DNA of 61,878 nucleotides, filler included. It is 13 parts of 13 records of this genome, joined end to end, with 100 filler letters (N's around TTAATTAATTAA, not from the genome) between each part and the next. Parts side by side here need not be neighbours in the genome. Positions count along the whole stretch, not along the records: positions 32,576 to 36,747 come from SRR7504441_67761; positions 36,848 to 40,380 come from SRR7504441_67770; positions 40,481 to 45,393 come from SRR7504441_67792; positions 45,494 to 48,573 come from SRR7504441_67875; 9 more parts are not named here. One strand, 5' to 3'. This document shows, piece after piece, positions 35,501 through 46,122 of this stretch; within the stretch, counting starts at the first letter, position 1; each line of letters begins with the position of its first letter. The notes below the pieces were generated by a model, which saw only the letters and a list, made by a program, of their open reading frames with translations, ran no database searches and had not been told where the DNA came from. Both the position numbers and the translations under genes were made by a program.

Positions 35501-36747
35501 CACCTCGGCGACAAGAGCCAGGTGGTTGTCGTGCTCCGCAGCGGCCGCCACAGCCATCGCCTGCTGCTGCTCCACCTCCGCCACCAACACCTCGCAGTTC
35601 TCCTGCAACTTCACATTCTGCGCATGCAGCGTCTGCCTATCGCGCTCCGCAGTTTGCCTCGCCTCAAGCGAAGCCTTGTCCTCCTCTGAGCGCAGTTGCT
35701 CCGCCTTTGCTAGCTCCTCTCTAACGGCTTTAATGCTGGCTTCGGCCTCGGCGTGCTTCTCTTGTGAGGCGGCACATTCTTGCTGCAGCTGGTCGATCCT
35801 CTGCAGGCGCTGAGCCAGCTTGAGCTCCTGCTCTTTCTGCACCTACCCAGCGGATTATTCCCTAATTAGGAAGAATAGTGTTAACCTCGTTGATGTGCTC
35901 TCGCTCCGCCTTGAGCTGTTTCACCGAGCCCTCTGCACAGCCACAATATCAATCTACCAACACTCCACAGACTCACCTGATTGAAGCAGCTGGTCTTGCA
36001 ATTGGCGACACAGCTCCGTGCTCGCCTCCAACTGTTCCACCATCACCAGCCGCTCCGCCTCCAGACAGTCAGCCCTAGACTTCTCGCTCTCGCCTGCCGC
36101 CCGAAGCCGGCCCGTCTCCTCCTCCAGCTCGACCTGGCGCGTCGCAGCCCGTAGCTTGACCTGCTTGAGCGGTTAAAACCTTCCTAATTAGGCAAGTATC
36201 AGTTAACCTGCTTGAGCCACTCCTGCGACTCCAACAACCCGGCGCATTTCTGGTTGAGTTCGAGCTGCAGCCCGTCGACTGCCATGCGAGACTCCAGCAG
36301 CTGCTCCTTCTGAGCCACAACCATCTCCTTGAGCTTAACTGCCCAGCCGGTCAATTCCAAATTAGGAAGGTGTTACACTAAACTAACTCCTAATTAACAA
36401 GCTCACTCGCTGTGATCTCGCTCTCACGCCGACTTTCCGTCTCGGCTGCAAGCTCGTCAGCGCATTTAGCTTGCTGCAGACTTGAGAAATTAGCCTCGCT
36501 GTCTAGGTGCTGCTGTGTCTGCTGAAGCTGCGCCTGACAGCTCAGGAGCTCAGCTCTGACTGTGTCCAGCTCGGCTGCAGTTGCCTCGTGTCTTGAGAGA
36601 ACAAGCATCTGAGTCTCAACCCTCTCATGCGCCTCTGCGATTGATTGGTTCATCGATACCATGTCTTGCTCTAAACCAAGCACAGCAACGTGGTATTCAT
36701 TCCGTGTCTCGACGGCATCCTCCAGCACGGCCTCGAGCCCCGACCGC
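32576..36747 (-). CDS. Very long coiled-coil protein, intron-rich, both ends truncated
   Basis: Heptad-rich exons spliced through more than 10 short introns; internal ~57-aa repeat (ELAASSADSKRLALELQECSNELKACASEKEAV) at ~33480-33660 and ~33885-34060. Confidence 0.75.
34577..36406 (-). mobile_element. Cluster of six related introns sharing a palindromic TTCCTAATTAGGAA core (introner-like family)
   Basis: Introns 34577-34608, ~34690-34770, 35425-35503, 35843-35885, 36161-36207 and 36339-36406. Cores at 34580, 34747, 35454/35486, 35861, 36183 and 36357/36389. Confidence 0.65.
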
Positions 36748-36847
36748 NNNNNNNNNNNNNNNNNNNNNNNNNNNNNNNNNNNNNNNNNNNNTTAATTAAT
36801 TAANNNNNNNNNNNNNNNNNNNNNNNNNNNNNNNNNNNNNNNNNNNN

Positions 36848-37323
36848 TCTCCGATCTTATTGAACCTGCCGCCCCGGTCAATCCGGACAGTGGACCCAGC
36901 CGCCCACCGCAGGTCGAGCTGCGTGAGGTGCAGCGCGTTGGCCAGCCCGTCCCGGAGCCAATGCGCGTGCTTGTACGCAAAGTCCTCGTTCCAGATAGTG
37001 AGCGAGGTGAGCGTCGGGTCGTTGTTGGTCAGTCGGTGAAGCCCCGAGAAGGAGTCGTTCCGAGGGTCTGACTCCGCGTACGTGTCGTGCCGTGGGTTGG
37101 TTTCTCCTAGATTCTGTATGCAGGGTGGTTGATAGGAATATGACCACTGGGATAGCTCGCCAGCGCCCATGTGCCGCTCCCGGATGTTTCCGACCTGGTG
37201 GTGGGCCATGTTGGAGACCTGGTCGTACGTGTGGTGCTGCACTGTCGGCACTCGGTTGTGTGGCGCCGGCCGCCCAGCATCTTGCTCACGCACGCGGAAT
37301 TGGTACTTGGCGGTGTACGACAT
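36848..37323 (-). CDS. Leucine-rich-repeat protein (tropomodulin/RI-like LRR start), 3' truncated
   Basis: RLTNNDPTLTSLTIW...LRDGLANALHLTQLDL, a typical LRR cap and first repeat. Confidence 0.6.
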
Positions 37324-37589
37324 GTCTGCTGTTCGACTCGGTGCTGCCAACACTCACTCGATGCGCACGCAGCAGGCAGGCACACTGGCGCAGTGCGAAT
37401 GTATAACGACAATCGAAAGAAGCCTGCAGAAAGAAGCTGAAGGCGAGGCAATCGGCCCAATTCCGTAGACCTCTACAGCTGTACTGCTACCGTACTTACA
37501 CTAGTTACTAACTTATTAGTATGATATAGTGCGCAAGCGCATACGTGGGGGGCATACACTATTCCTTTTTCAATATATTGCGATTAGCT

Positions 37590-38692
37590 GATTATGTAAT
37601 TGGCACCTGACGCATCGAGTAGCTCATCCCGGTCAGTGACAGTCTGTCCGAAGAGCTCAAAGCTCCCTGGATTCGCTTCGTGCTCTGTGATGTACTCGTC
37701 AATGTGCTTGCTAAAGAAGCATAGGCGCAGATTGCGCAAAGAAGCATCTGACCGTAATCTGACCTTGGCCTCAGTAAGATGGAGGCGTCCGAAGATGAGC
37801 GCGAGGCAATCCAGACGCAGCTGCAGGAGTCACGTACCGGCAGCGGCCCGGGCAGGCATGACCAGGACGGTGCAGGTCACGACAGTCTGCATAAGATACA
37901 TGAGGCTGTTCGAGCCAACTGGGATGAGTTCTGGCAGTGGAAGGAAGCATTGCAAAGTCGGGACATTGAACAGGTGTGTCAGGGGGAATGTGTTGGGTGT
38001 GCCTGACGGGTGTGCAGCTGTCAGAAATCCTCAAGGAACAATACCGCGGCCATGTGGAATCTGGAAAGGCGGACTCAGAGGAACTTATCCAAACGCTGAT
38101 ACTCGGCGTCTGCTGCATCAAGGACATTATTAAAGCTGGCAACGAGTGGTAATGCTCAGAATAGGGTGAGCCTTTCCTCTGAAGCATCCACAATTCATTT
38201 GGGGACGTGACCACGACCGGATCATTACCTGGACACCACAGTTCAGATTTGGGCAATGAGAGTTGGGTCTCAATCAGCACCTGGGAAGTTGATACCACTG
38301 CAGAGGGCACTTATGAACATGAGAAAGATTTCTTGAATTGAAAAGAACACTGATGCTCCTCCTGAACATAAAAGTGAGTATCGAATGCTGCTGGATCACC
38401 TACCTGTCGTGAGCAAATAATAAAGCATGTGAGCAACATCCACAGAGTGGACCCAATTTGTAAAAAGCAGCCTGGAATGCTGCGCCCGAACGTCGATCAG
38501 GAAGGAAGTAAATGCATCCTCTGAGATTTTTAGCAGCTCAAATATTCTGAGGTCCTGTAGGATGGCCATGACCATGTCGATCGCTCGTTCTCTCCCAAGC
38601 TTGTTGGCGTCAAATCCAAGACCTCTAAGCCAACCTCTTGCCTCGTGCACCAGCCGTAACACAGGTGTACTTGGCAACTCAGGCAAGTTCAT
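37590..38692 (-). pseudogene. Rearranged, degenerate class I cyclic-nucleotide phosphodiesterase-like gene
   Basis: Exons FTSFLIDV..FTNWVHSVDVAHMLYYLL / EIFLMFISALCSGINFPG / EHYH follow the PDE helical pattern with metal ligands lost. Block ~37779-38140 reads as spliced coding sequence on the opposite strand. Confidence 0.5.
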
Positions 38693-38822
38693 CTGCGCAG
38701 TACATTTTGACGCTTGATGCGTCAGAATTGCTGTGGCCCGTTTCTGTGAGCACTTTGGGCAACAGCCGACAATGCAGAGTTGTGTTGTTAGCCGCGAAAC
38801 TGACTCCTGCTCACGGGCCAGC

Positions 38823-40380
38823 CATTATGCAAGAAAGAAGTCCATCCTTCCACTCACGGGTTGCCATGGAGATCACTCCATACAGCTCATCAACAGAAAT
38901 TGACTTTGGATTTATGTCCTTGATTGTTGTCTTCATCTAAATAAGGCCTTGAGACCTTCTGGGAGCTCTGTCCGGCCGAGATAACCAGGGTTCATGGTAA
39001 TGAAAGCTCCCACTTCTTTATTGAGCACAAGCGACTCGTCGCCTGGGAAATTGAATGTGTCCCTACCAGCTCGGATTGCATCAAGAATTGATTTGTAATA
39101 CACTGAGCATACAGAGAGCACTTCAGCTGCAATGCGATTGAACTCATCGAAGCAGCCCCATGAGCCAGAGCTTGCAAGCCCTTTGAAGATGTCACCAACT
39201 GACCGGTAATCCATCTGGTCAGAGCAGTTGAAGACATAGACCGCAAGTCCCATCTGAGATGCAAGATCTTTTGTAGTTTCAGTCTTACCAGTACCAGCAG
39301 GCCCAGCAGGCGCACAGCCCAGCACTAGATGCAGTGCTTGAGTGGCAGTGATATACAGACGATCTGTGAGTGCCTTGCAAATGGTACCACAAGAACCTGG
39401 TTGTCTTCAAGTGTTTCAAATGTCTCTTCCGAAACTTTAACCAGCTGAATTGCAGTATCATTGTAGGGTGTAAACTCAAATTTCAGTGATGACCAGGTGT
39501 CATCTAGCATCTCAACATTGTTCTCAATCTTCTCCTCTTTGACTGCACGATCAACAATGTCCCCAACATCGTCAACAAATTTGTGAAGCTCTAAGCCCAC
39601 AAGATCCTTGTACTTGAGCAGTGGAATGTTCTCAATATCTAGCTCAACCTTGGTCATCTCCACAATGGCTTCCCAGTGACGCGTGCGCATGCACGGCTGC
39701 CGCAGCTCTCCAACAACAGGGATGGCGGCCAGCTGATCATTGACCATCTGAAGCAGTCCCTGGTATGCAGGGAACTCCTGCCTGATCTTCTTGTTCATGA
39801 TGCGGAGTTCTTGTTTGAATTTCTTTGTTGACTCTTCCATCTCGTCTGTGTTGATATCATCCCATGCCACACCAGCCCACTCACTAAAGTAAGAGTGTAC
39901 CATTGCTGCACAGTCCCAGAAGTGCTTAACAAGACCAAGATCTGTGCGACATTCTTCAATCATTTCAGCTGGGTTAGCAATGAGCTCGTGGCACTCAAAC
40001 AGCTTCGCAAGGTGTTCAAGCTCTGAACGACGAACCTCAAGCTCTTTGATTGCGATATCTTGCTCCACAACAAGGGCATAGGATGCATCAACTTCTGCAA
40101 TCTGATAGCCGAATTGAAAGAACGACATCTCTTTAAACAACTCGCGGAATCCTTCAATCTTCTCAGCAAATCTTGCAATCTCATGCTTAATTTTGCGGCC
40201 TTCCCTCTCCTGGAATGTACGGATCCCTGCCTTGATCTTTGGTGCTCGCTTCTTTATGGAATTCCAATTTGTCTTCATATCTGCGAGTCGCTCTTGCTGC
40301 GCCGCTATTTCAACCTCTTGCTCGACTAGAAATTCAATTGACTCAGAGAGTGCATCCATGCGAAGGTCCACAGAGTCTTG
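38823..40380 (-). pseudogene. Axonemal (outer-arm-type) dynein heavy chain fragments with internal deletions
   Basis: Linker/DHC_N2 ([21 protein letters not shown]) jumps at ~39375 to AAA1 ([40 protein letters not shown]), then at 38936 to an AAA2 piece (INPKSISVDELYG...EWKDGLLS). Confidence 0.85.
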
Positions 40381-40573
40381 NNNNNNNNNNNNNNNNNNNN
40401 NNNNNNNNNNNNNNNNNNNNNNNNTTAATTAATTAANNNNNNNNNNNNNNNNNNNNNNNNNNNNNNNNNNNNNNNNNNNNCGCTTCTAGTCTCACTATTC
40501 GACGTAACAACCAAGAGAGGACTGTGATACTATGCCAACCAGATATTCTGTAGTCGCTGAGGTTAAGCTGAGG

Positions 40574-40663
40574 TTTGAGCGCCACGGCGTAGTCCGCCCC
40601 GCCGCTCACCACCAGCCCGGAGTCCAGCACGGCCACCGCCTTGATCCAGCCCGAGTGCGCCTC
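40574..40663 (-). pseudogene. Isolated WD40-repeat relic
   Basis: EAHSGWIKAVAVLDSGLVVSGGADYAVALK preceded by an in-frame TGA, with no ATG and no terminal Trp. Confidence 0.45.
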
Positions 40664-40721
40664 TCAAAGCTCGTTGCAATTGGCTGGGCTGCCCGAAGCC
40701 TCGCTGCTGGCCGGAGTCCCC

Positions 40722-41928
40722 ATGGCGCCGACCGGCGAGGATGTGGAGCCTCCTCGTTCGGCAGCGGAGCCTCCCGTGCCCTCCGAGCCGGGCGGATCCG
40801 ACCCTCCGGTCGAAGGCGAGTTGGCACCTGTGTGACCAGCCACTCATGACAGGCTCTGCAGGCAAGCCAGACGAGGATTCCTTTCACAGACGCCCGACAA
40901 TCCTATCTAGAGGCGACATCCTATCCAGAGGCGAATTTGCTATTCGCAATGTGTCCTGGACGAGCATGTTCATGAAGGACTGGTTTCACCTGCTGTGTGA
41001 GAAAAGCGTGTTTGAGCTCCTTCTTATGTACTGCCTTGGTTACGCAATCATCATTCCGCTATTGGCCTTTCTCATCTGGCTGTTCACTCAGGTGAATGCT
41101 ACTGACATTGTCCCTGGTGAGAATGACCAGCTTGTCGAATCTGTGGCCTGAGAGCTGGGCGCAGATGGTTCCTTCCAAGAGTGCATGAAGCTGTCGTGGC
41201 AGTCACTTACAACCATAGGGTACGGTGGCACACGGCCAGAGGGGGCTGGGGACAACATCGTCATCTGCTTTTTCACTATACTCAACCTTGCCTACGACGC
41301 TGTCTGCATTGGTCTCTTCTGCACTCGGCTGTCCCACCCACATGCTCGAGCACAAGACGTGAGCTTCTCGAGCCGTGCATGCGTCTGCCACGCTCAGCCT
41401 GGCAGGCCAATTCGGCTTGAGCTCCGCGTGCAGAACAGATTCATCCGGGCGTTTGTTGATCCATTCATTAGGCTACACATGATCCGCTGGCACTCGGGCG
41501 CCGATGGAAGGAGTCGCGCATGCTTCGAGTTCCACGAACTCCCCGTCGCCAACCAAAGTGGAACCTCCGGCGTGTTTGAACCTGTGGCGTTCCTGCAGTA
41601 CCCGTGGTCCGTGCTTCACCACATTGACGAGACCAGTCCACTTGCCCCGTACGTGTCAACCGACGCCAACAACAAGCCTGTCGTGACTGAGGCTTGGTCC
41701 CGTGACTCTGTGGAGATCCTCGTCACGATGACCGGCACCAGCTATTCTACAGGCAACATTTGTGAGGCCCGGTGTTCGTACCTCCTGGACGACGTAGACT
41801 TCGGCCACCGCTTTATGGACATGCTCGTCTTTGACCAGGAAGGCGTCCTCGAAATGGATGATCCGAAGAAGCTGAGCTTAACAGAACCCGAGGACCCGAG
41901 TAATTTGCAGCTCCCAGAGTGCTTCTGA
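40722..41928 (+). CDS. Inward-rectifier potassium channel (Kir family)
   Basis: KDWFHLL slide helix, SWQSLTTIGYG filter, VSFSSRA, HHIDETSPL, EILVTMTG, ARCSY and GHRF. Introns at 40816-40852 (GC-AG) and 41117-41164. Confidence 0.92.
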
Positions 41929-42211
41929 TCAACTTCTGACGCACCGCTGGACCTGAAGGATAAGAATAAGCATAACACGACGGCAAGGCCGCGACTAACT
42001 AGGAATCACTGTACCCGGTCGGTGGCATCGATGCTAGTATTTCATCAATGCATTTATAAACTGAAATAGATAGTATAACATGAGTGCCATAGTGGTGCCT
42101 CTCGATGGCACCGTGACGGCTTGTCGGGTTTGTTTCAGCCACCGTTGAGGTTCTTTGTTACTTTTGTACATGTACGGCTTTGGGTTGCTGGTTCAGGCGA
42201 TTATCAGGCGA

Positions 42212-43060
42212 TCAGAAGGTGACCTCACTCCTGCTCTTGTCTACTAGGTCCGCATCACGCAACAACGCCAAGCAGTGATATTGGTTGCACCGGTCAACGA
42301 TCCCAGCAAAGATCCAGGCCCGAATCGCTTGCTTATCCGGAAGCTTCTGTGAGGTGAACTTGGGCTCATACTTGCCCCTTCCAAACCAGCCTTCGTGAAT
42401 ATGCTCCTCCTCCGCACACCGAATCCCAAAAGACTGCAAGCAAAAAGCGTCAAGAGTTCAAGAGTACCGTGCGCAGGCAGGCTATGTTCAGTGCACACGT
42501 ACCACTGTGTGCTGGATCGGCAGGCAGCTCTTGCAGCACGGGTAGCAGCATTTTGGGGGGCAGTCAGGCCCGCAAAAGCAACATTGGCAGCACATCTTCA
42601 TGCCCTCGTCGAAGGTGACGCCCACCACTTTGTACTTGGGGTAGGTCTCAATATGTCGAGTCCATGGGAGCGTGATGCAGCAACATACCGTCTCTTGCGA
42701 GCTATTTTCGATCTGCAGCAAACTTCAGGCGGTAACCTCTGGTTTGGGTACCGTGAGCACTGCGGGGTAGAACGCAGCAACATTCTCGTAGTTCTTGACG
42801 CAGCCTGTGGCCACACGAGCTCAGCCGGCGGCGGCATTCAGACGCACATCCACAGCAGCACGAGGAATCGGACACGTCTTCCACCGTGAAGGCCGGCTGC
42901 GAGCGGCGGGATCAGTGCCAGACCCAAGAAGGCTGCAAGCGCGCACCTGTTGGAAGCCTGCAGGGAGTACCATGGCGCCCGATGGTGGGGCCAATGATGT
43001 GTGGTTCGGACTGCCCGGCAGCACTTGGTGGCTGTTGCCGTAGGATGGCTGCATCTGCAT
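42212..43060 (-). CDS. Cysteine-rich hypothetical protein (2 introns)
   Basis: Spliced frame contains SSCCCGC, VCCCITLP and MCCQCCFCGPDCPPKCCYPCCKSC; stop at 42212. Confidence 0.55.
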
Positions 43061-43312
43061 TGGCCCGGCTGGTCACAAGGTGTTGCACGAATGGCGGTCA
43101 CTGGATAAATCGGGATTCGAGGACGGCTCAGATCGACTGACTGATCATAAATTTATTAATATAAATGCCTAAATATCACCTAGTGAGCCGGATCTCTAAT
43201 ACTTGTACGCGTACGCGTAGTCGAGCAACCTCTTTAGATGACAACTTTAGATAATAATAAATATACAGATGCTGAGCAATCATCATGATTACACGCAATT
43301 AGTGTACATGTG

Positions 43313-45145
43313 TTAGGCAGCTTGAACTTCATGAGAGCTTGGGCTTGATGCCTGCTCTCCGGCCCCTCGCTCCGGCTTGGACTCGAGCAGCGCCAAGTAC
43401 AACTGGGCATACGCCTGCTCCAAGTGGCTGCACAGCCGATCCACCCGGGCGGCCAGCTGCCTCACTGGCTCTGCCAAGCTGCTCAGCGAGGTGTGCACCG
43501 ACCGCTCCCCCACGCTCACAACCTCACTCGCAATCCGCTCGGTGAGCAGCACGCGCAGGCAGCCCTTCTGCCGGCGCACGCTTGTCCTGAGCGCCCGTCT
43601 TAAACTCTCAATATCCGGAAGCTGCCTGCCTGGAGCCAGCTGCGTCACTAGTTTAGCAACTTGCTCACACAGCGAGCTGCAGCTCTTGCCTGGCTGAATC
43701 AGCTCGAGCACCGACCGCTGCAGCTCGCCCGCTGGCTCGTCGGCCAGCGTCACTCCTGCTGCCTTCAGAACCGAACACCCGAGCGTCCAGAGCGCTCCCG
43801 CCACAGCGAGTCGCCGGATCTCACCACGAATAGAGCTCAGCCTGGACATGTCCAGCACCAGAATCTCGGGCAATTGCCCAGCGCCCACATTCCGATTGTT
43901 GCGCAGCGCCAGTTGGGCCAGTAGCCCCCGCATTGCCGCCCGATGCGCCGCGACCATCGTCGCTCGTGACAGCGTAGTCTGGTCTGATAGTGACCTCCAG
44001 CCCTGATCGAGCCACGGGGCCGTCCGGCGGAGCTGCAGCTTGCCTGATTCGAGCGCCGCCTGCACCTGCTCCCGCTCGTACTCGGCCCCTGCCGCCTGGA
44101 AGCTCGATCTGTACGCCTGTAGGTGCATGTTCATTTGTGTCGTCCTGAGCGCCTTCAGCTCTGATACTAGCCCATGAATCACTCCCGGTGCCAGCTGCAA
44201 CAACGCCGCGTCGTCCTCAGCCTCCCCGATCCGAGCCTCCGTCGCGGCGAGCCACCCGGCCAGCTCCGGGTCCGGCACAATAGTCGCGTTGAGAGCCTTG
44301 TCAGTCACGTATCTCACTAGCTGAATCAGCTGTGTGCGGCCGTACGCACGGTGCCTGACCATCTGGCAGAGCAACGGACCATCCAGGCAGGGCTCGGCCG
44401 GACTGAGGTCGTGAGCAATCGACAGGAGCACCTGCCGCAGTTGGGCGAGGCTTCTGTCGACGACCATCTCCTCCCGCTCTGCACGCTCGCTCTGAAGGCC
44501 TGTGAGCATAGTGAGCGCCTTGAGTAGGTCAGCCTGGGCCGACTGGTCCGCCGCCGCCAGAAGCAGCTCGACGAGCCGCCGGTGCCCCGGGTCTGGCAGC
44601 ACCATCCCGTGGCTCTCGAACCTGAATTCATCGTCCAACATCAGCTCGTGGGTCAGCTGCCACGAGTAAGGCAACTGGTGCCCGATCAGGCTTCGGAGCA
44701 CCTCCGCCTTGCTCGGGGCCGGCGGCTGGCGCCTGGCCTGCGGCAAGTGCACCGCGATGTCCGTCGACGAGCAGACCGCCCCGCTAGCATTCTGGAGCCG
44801 CCTGCGCAGCCGGAAGCTTCGCAGCTTTTTGAGCCGCTGCTGGACCAGCTCACGCCGGTTAATCCGGTCGCAGATCGAGCGGAGCCGGCCTGCCACCGGC
44901 CCGGCTGGCAGGAGCTGGTCGATGCTCCGCTGGCGCTCCACGGCCCCCATGCCGGTGATTGCCTCCAGGGCCTCCCGGGACTTCTCCCGGGTGAGCGACG
45001 AGCCGCTCGTCCGGGTGCGGCCGGCGGGGGGGAGCGCAGGGAGCGGGCCGGTGAGCTGATCCGGGGTGTGGCTCGACATGAAGCTGATCAGCCGCTGCGG
45101 GATCGAGTCGGTGGACCCCCGCCGCAGCTTTGGAGGAACCACCAT
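43313..45145 (-). CDS. T-complex protein 11 (TCP11/SOK1) family protein
   Basis: WQLTHELMLDDEFRF, MNMHLQAYR..GAEYER and LPEILVLDMSRL motifs in an intronless 610-aa ORF. Confidence 0.75.
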   Translation of the reverse strand: MVVPPKLRRGSTDSIPQRLISFMSSHTPDQLTGPLPALPPAGRTRTSGSSLTREKSREALEAITGMGAVERQRSIDQLLPAGPVAGRLRSICDRINRRELVQQRLKKLRSFRLRRRLQNASGAVCSSTDIAVHLPQARRQPPAPSKAEVLRSLIGHQLPYSWQLTHELMLDDEFRFESHGMVLPDPGHRRLVELLLAAADQSAQADLLKALTMLTGLQSERAEREEMVVDRSLAQLRQVLLSIAHDLSPAEPCLDGPLLCQMVRHRAYGRTQLIQLVRYVTDKALNATIVPDPELAGWLAATEARIGEAEDDAALLQLAPGVIHGLVSELKALRTTQMNMHLQAYRSSFQAAGAEYEREQVQAALESGKLQLRRTAPWLDQGWRSLSDQTTLSRATMVAAHRAAMRGLLAQLALRNNRNVGAGQLPEILVLDMSRLSSIRGEIRRLAVAGALWTLGCSVLKAAGVTLADEPAGELQRSVLELIQPGKSCSSLCEQVAKLVTQLAPGRQLPDIESLRRALRTSVRRQKGCLRVLLTERIASEVVSVGERSVHTSLSSLAEPVRQLAARVDRLCSHLEQAYAQLYLALLESKPERGAGEQASSPSSHEVQAA

Positions 45146-45493
45146 GTTTGGCCGAAATCATACTTTTTCGCGCAAAGTATTCTCGGCAAAGAATTGTGAC
45201 CGTACGTTCTCGTCGTTCGGTGCTTTGGCAGCACTGGAAGTCCGGAGGTCCAGGTTACAATGTGTGCTTGCAACAAACATGCCTTAAGCGGCGGCGCAAT
45301 GCCCGATTGTTGCAATCCTCCATCCCGATAGGCTAGCCAAACAAGCATTCCACCATTGGCAAAAGCAAAATGAGTGGATATGCAGGGGTTCGANNNNNNN
45401 NNNNNNNNNNNNNNNNNNNNNNNNNNNNNNNNNNNNNTTAATTAATTAANNNNNNNNNNNNNNNNNNNNNNNNNNNNNNNNNNNNNNNNNNNN

Positions 45494-45866
45494 CAATGCA
45501 GCTCCACGTCCCGAACGGCGAACGGCAGCGCGGGGACAACGAGCTGCAGCACCTGAGCAGCAGCAGGAGCCCCCACAGGTTCTTGCTCTAGAAGATCATC
45601 TCGGCGTTGGGTCTGGAGGCTGGCAGAACGTTGACACAGCCTTTGGCGCCGCCGAAGGCCGGGCGGTGGGCGTGAGCAGGATTGCAACCAGCTCAACTGA
45701 TCACGATCCGCCAATGGCTGTGCCGTCAATCACGCAAGCACACGCACTGCGTAGCACAGGTCTGCTAAATGTGAGCATCCGGTTGATTGGATGCGCGGTG
45801 TTGGTACTTGTCCCGCTCTGGGCACTACACCGGTGGTTTCGGGCCTCACGGTGGAAACAGTCGTAA
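45494..45866 (+). CDS. 3' end of a probable tail-anchored membrane protein
   Basis: C-terminal hydrophobic helix LIGCAVLVLVPLWAL followed by a short basic tail and TAA. Confidence 0.4.
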
Positions 45867-46122
45867 CATTAAGTGTGTAATTACATGTACTGTACATGTA
45901 CTGTAGAGCGAGGTGAGATAATCGAAACGATGAAATAATCGAAAAATTAGACTGTCTCAGAATCTAGTGTAGCGGGCTTATTATTTTGAACCCCGGCCCA
46001 CGGGGCTAGCCGCCAGCGCTCCAGCCCTAGCGCCAGCTCTCAGCACCGCTGAGCGCGACAGGACGCGAGAGGTGCGCCGCGCTCCCACAGCAGTGGATTC
46101 GGCGCGGTAAATTGACGCGAGG

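Noticed and set aside
34577-36406. CCTAATTAGG repeats as a CRISPR array or protein-binding operator set
   Set aside because: Spacing is irregular, copies are degenerate, there are no cas genes, the context is eukaryotic and every copy lies inside a predicted intron.
41117-41164. In-frame TGA in the Kir gene as readthrough or selenocysteine
   Set aside because: It lies inside a canonical 48-nt GT-AG intron.
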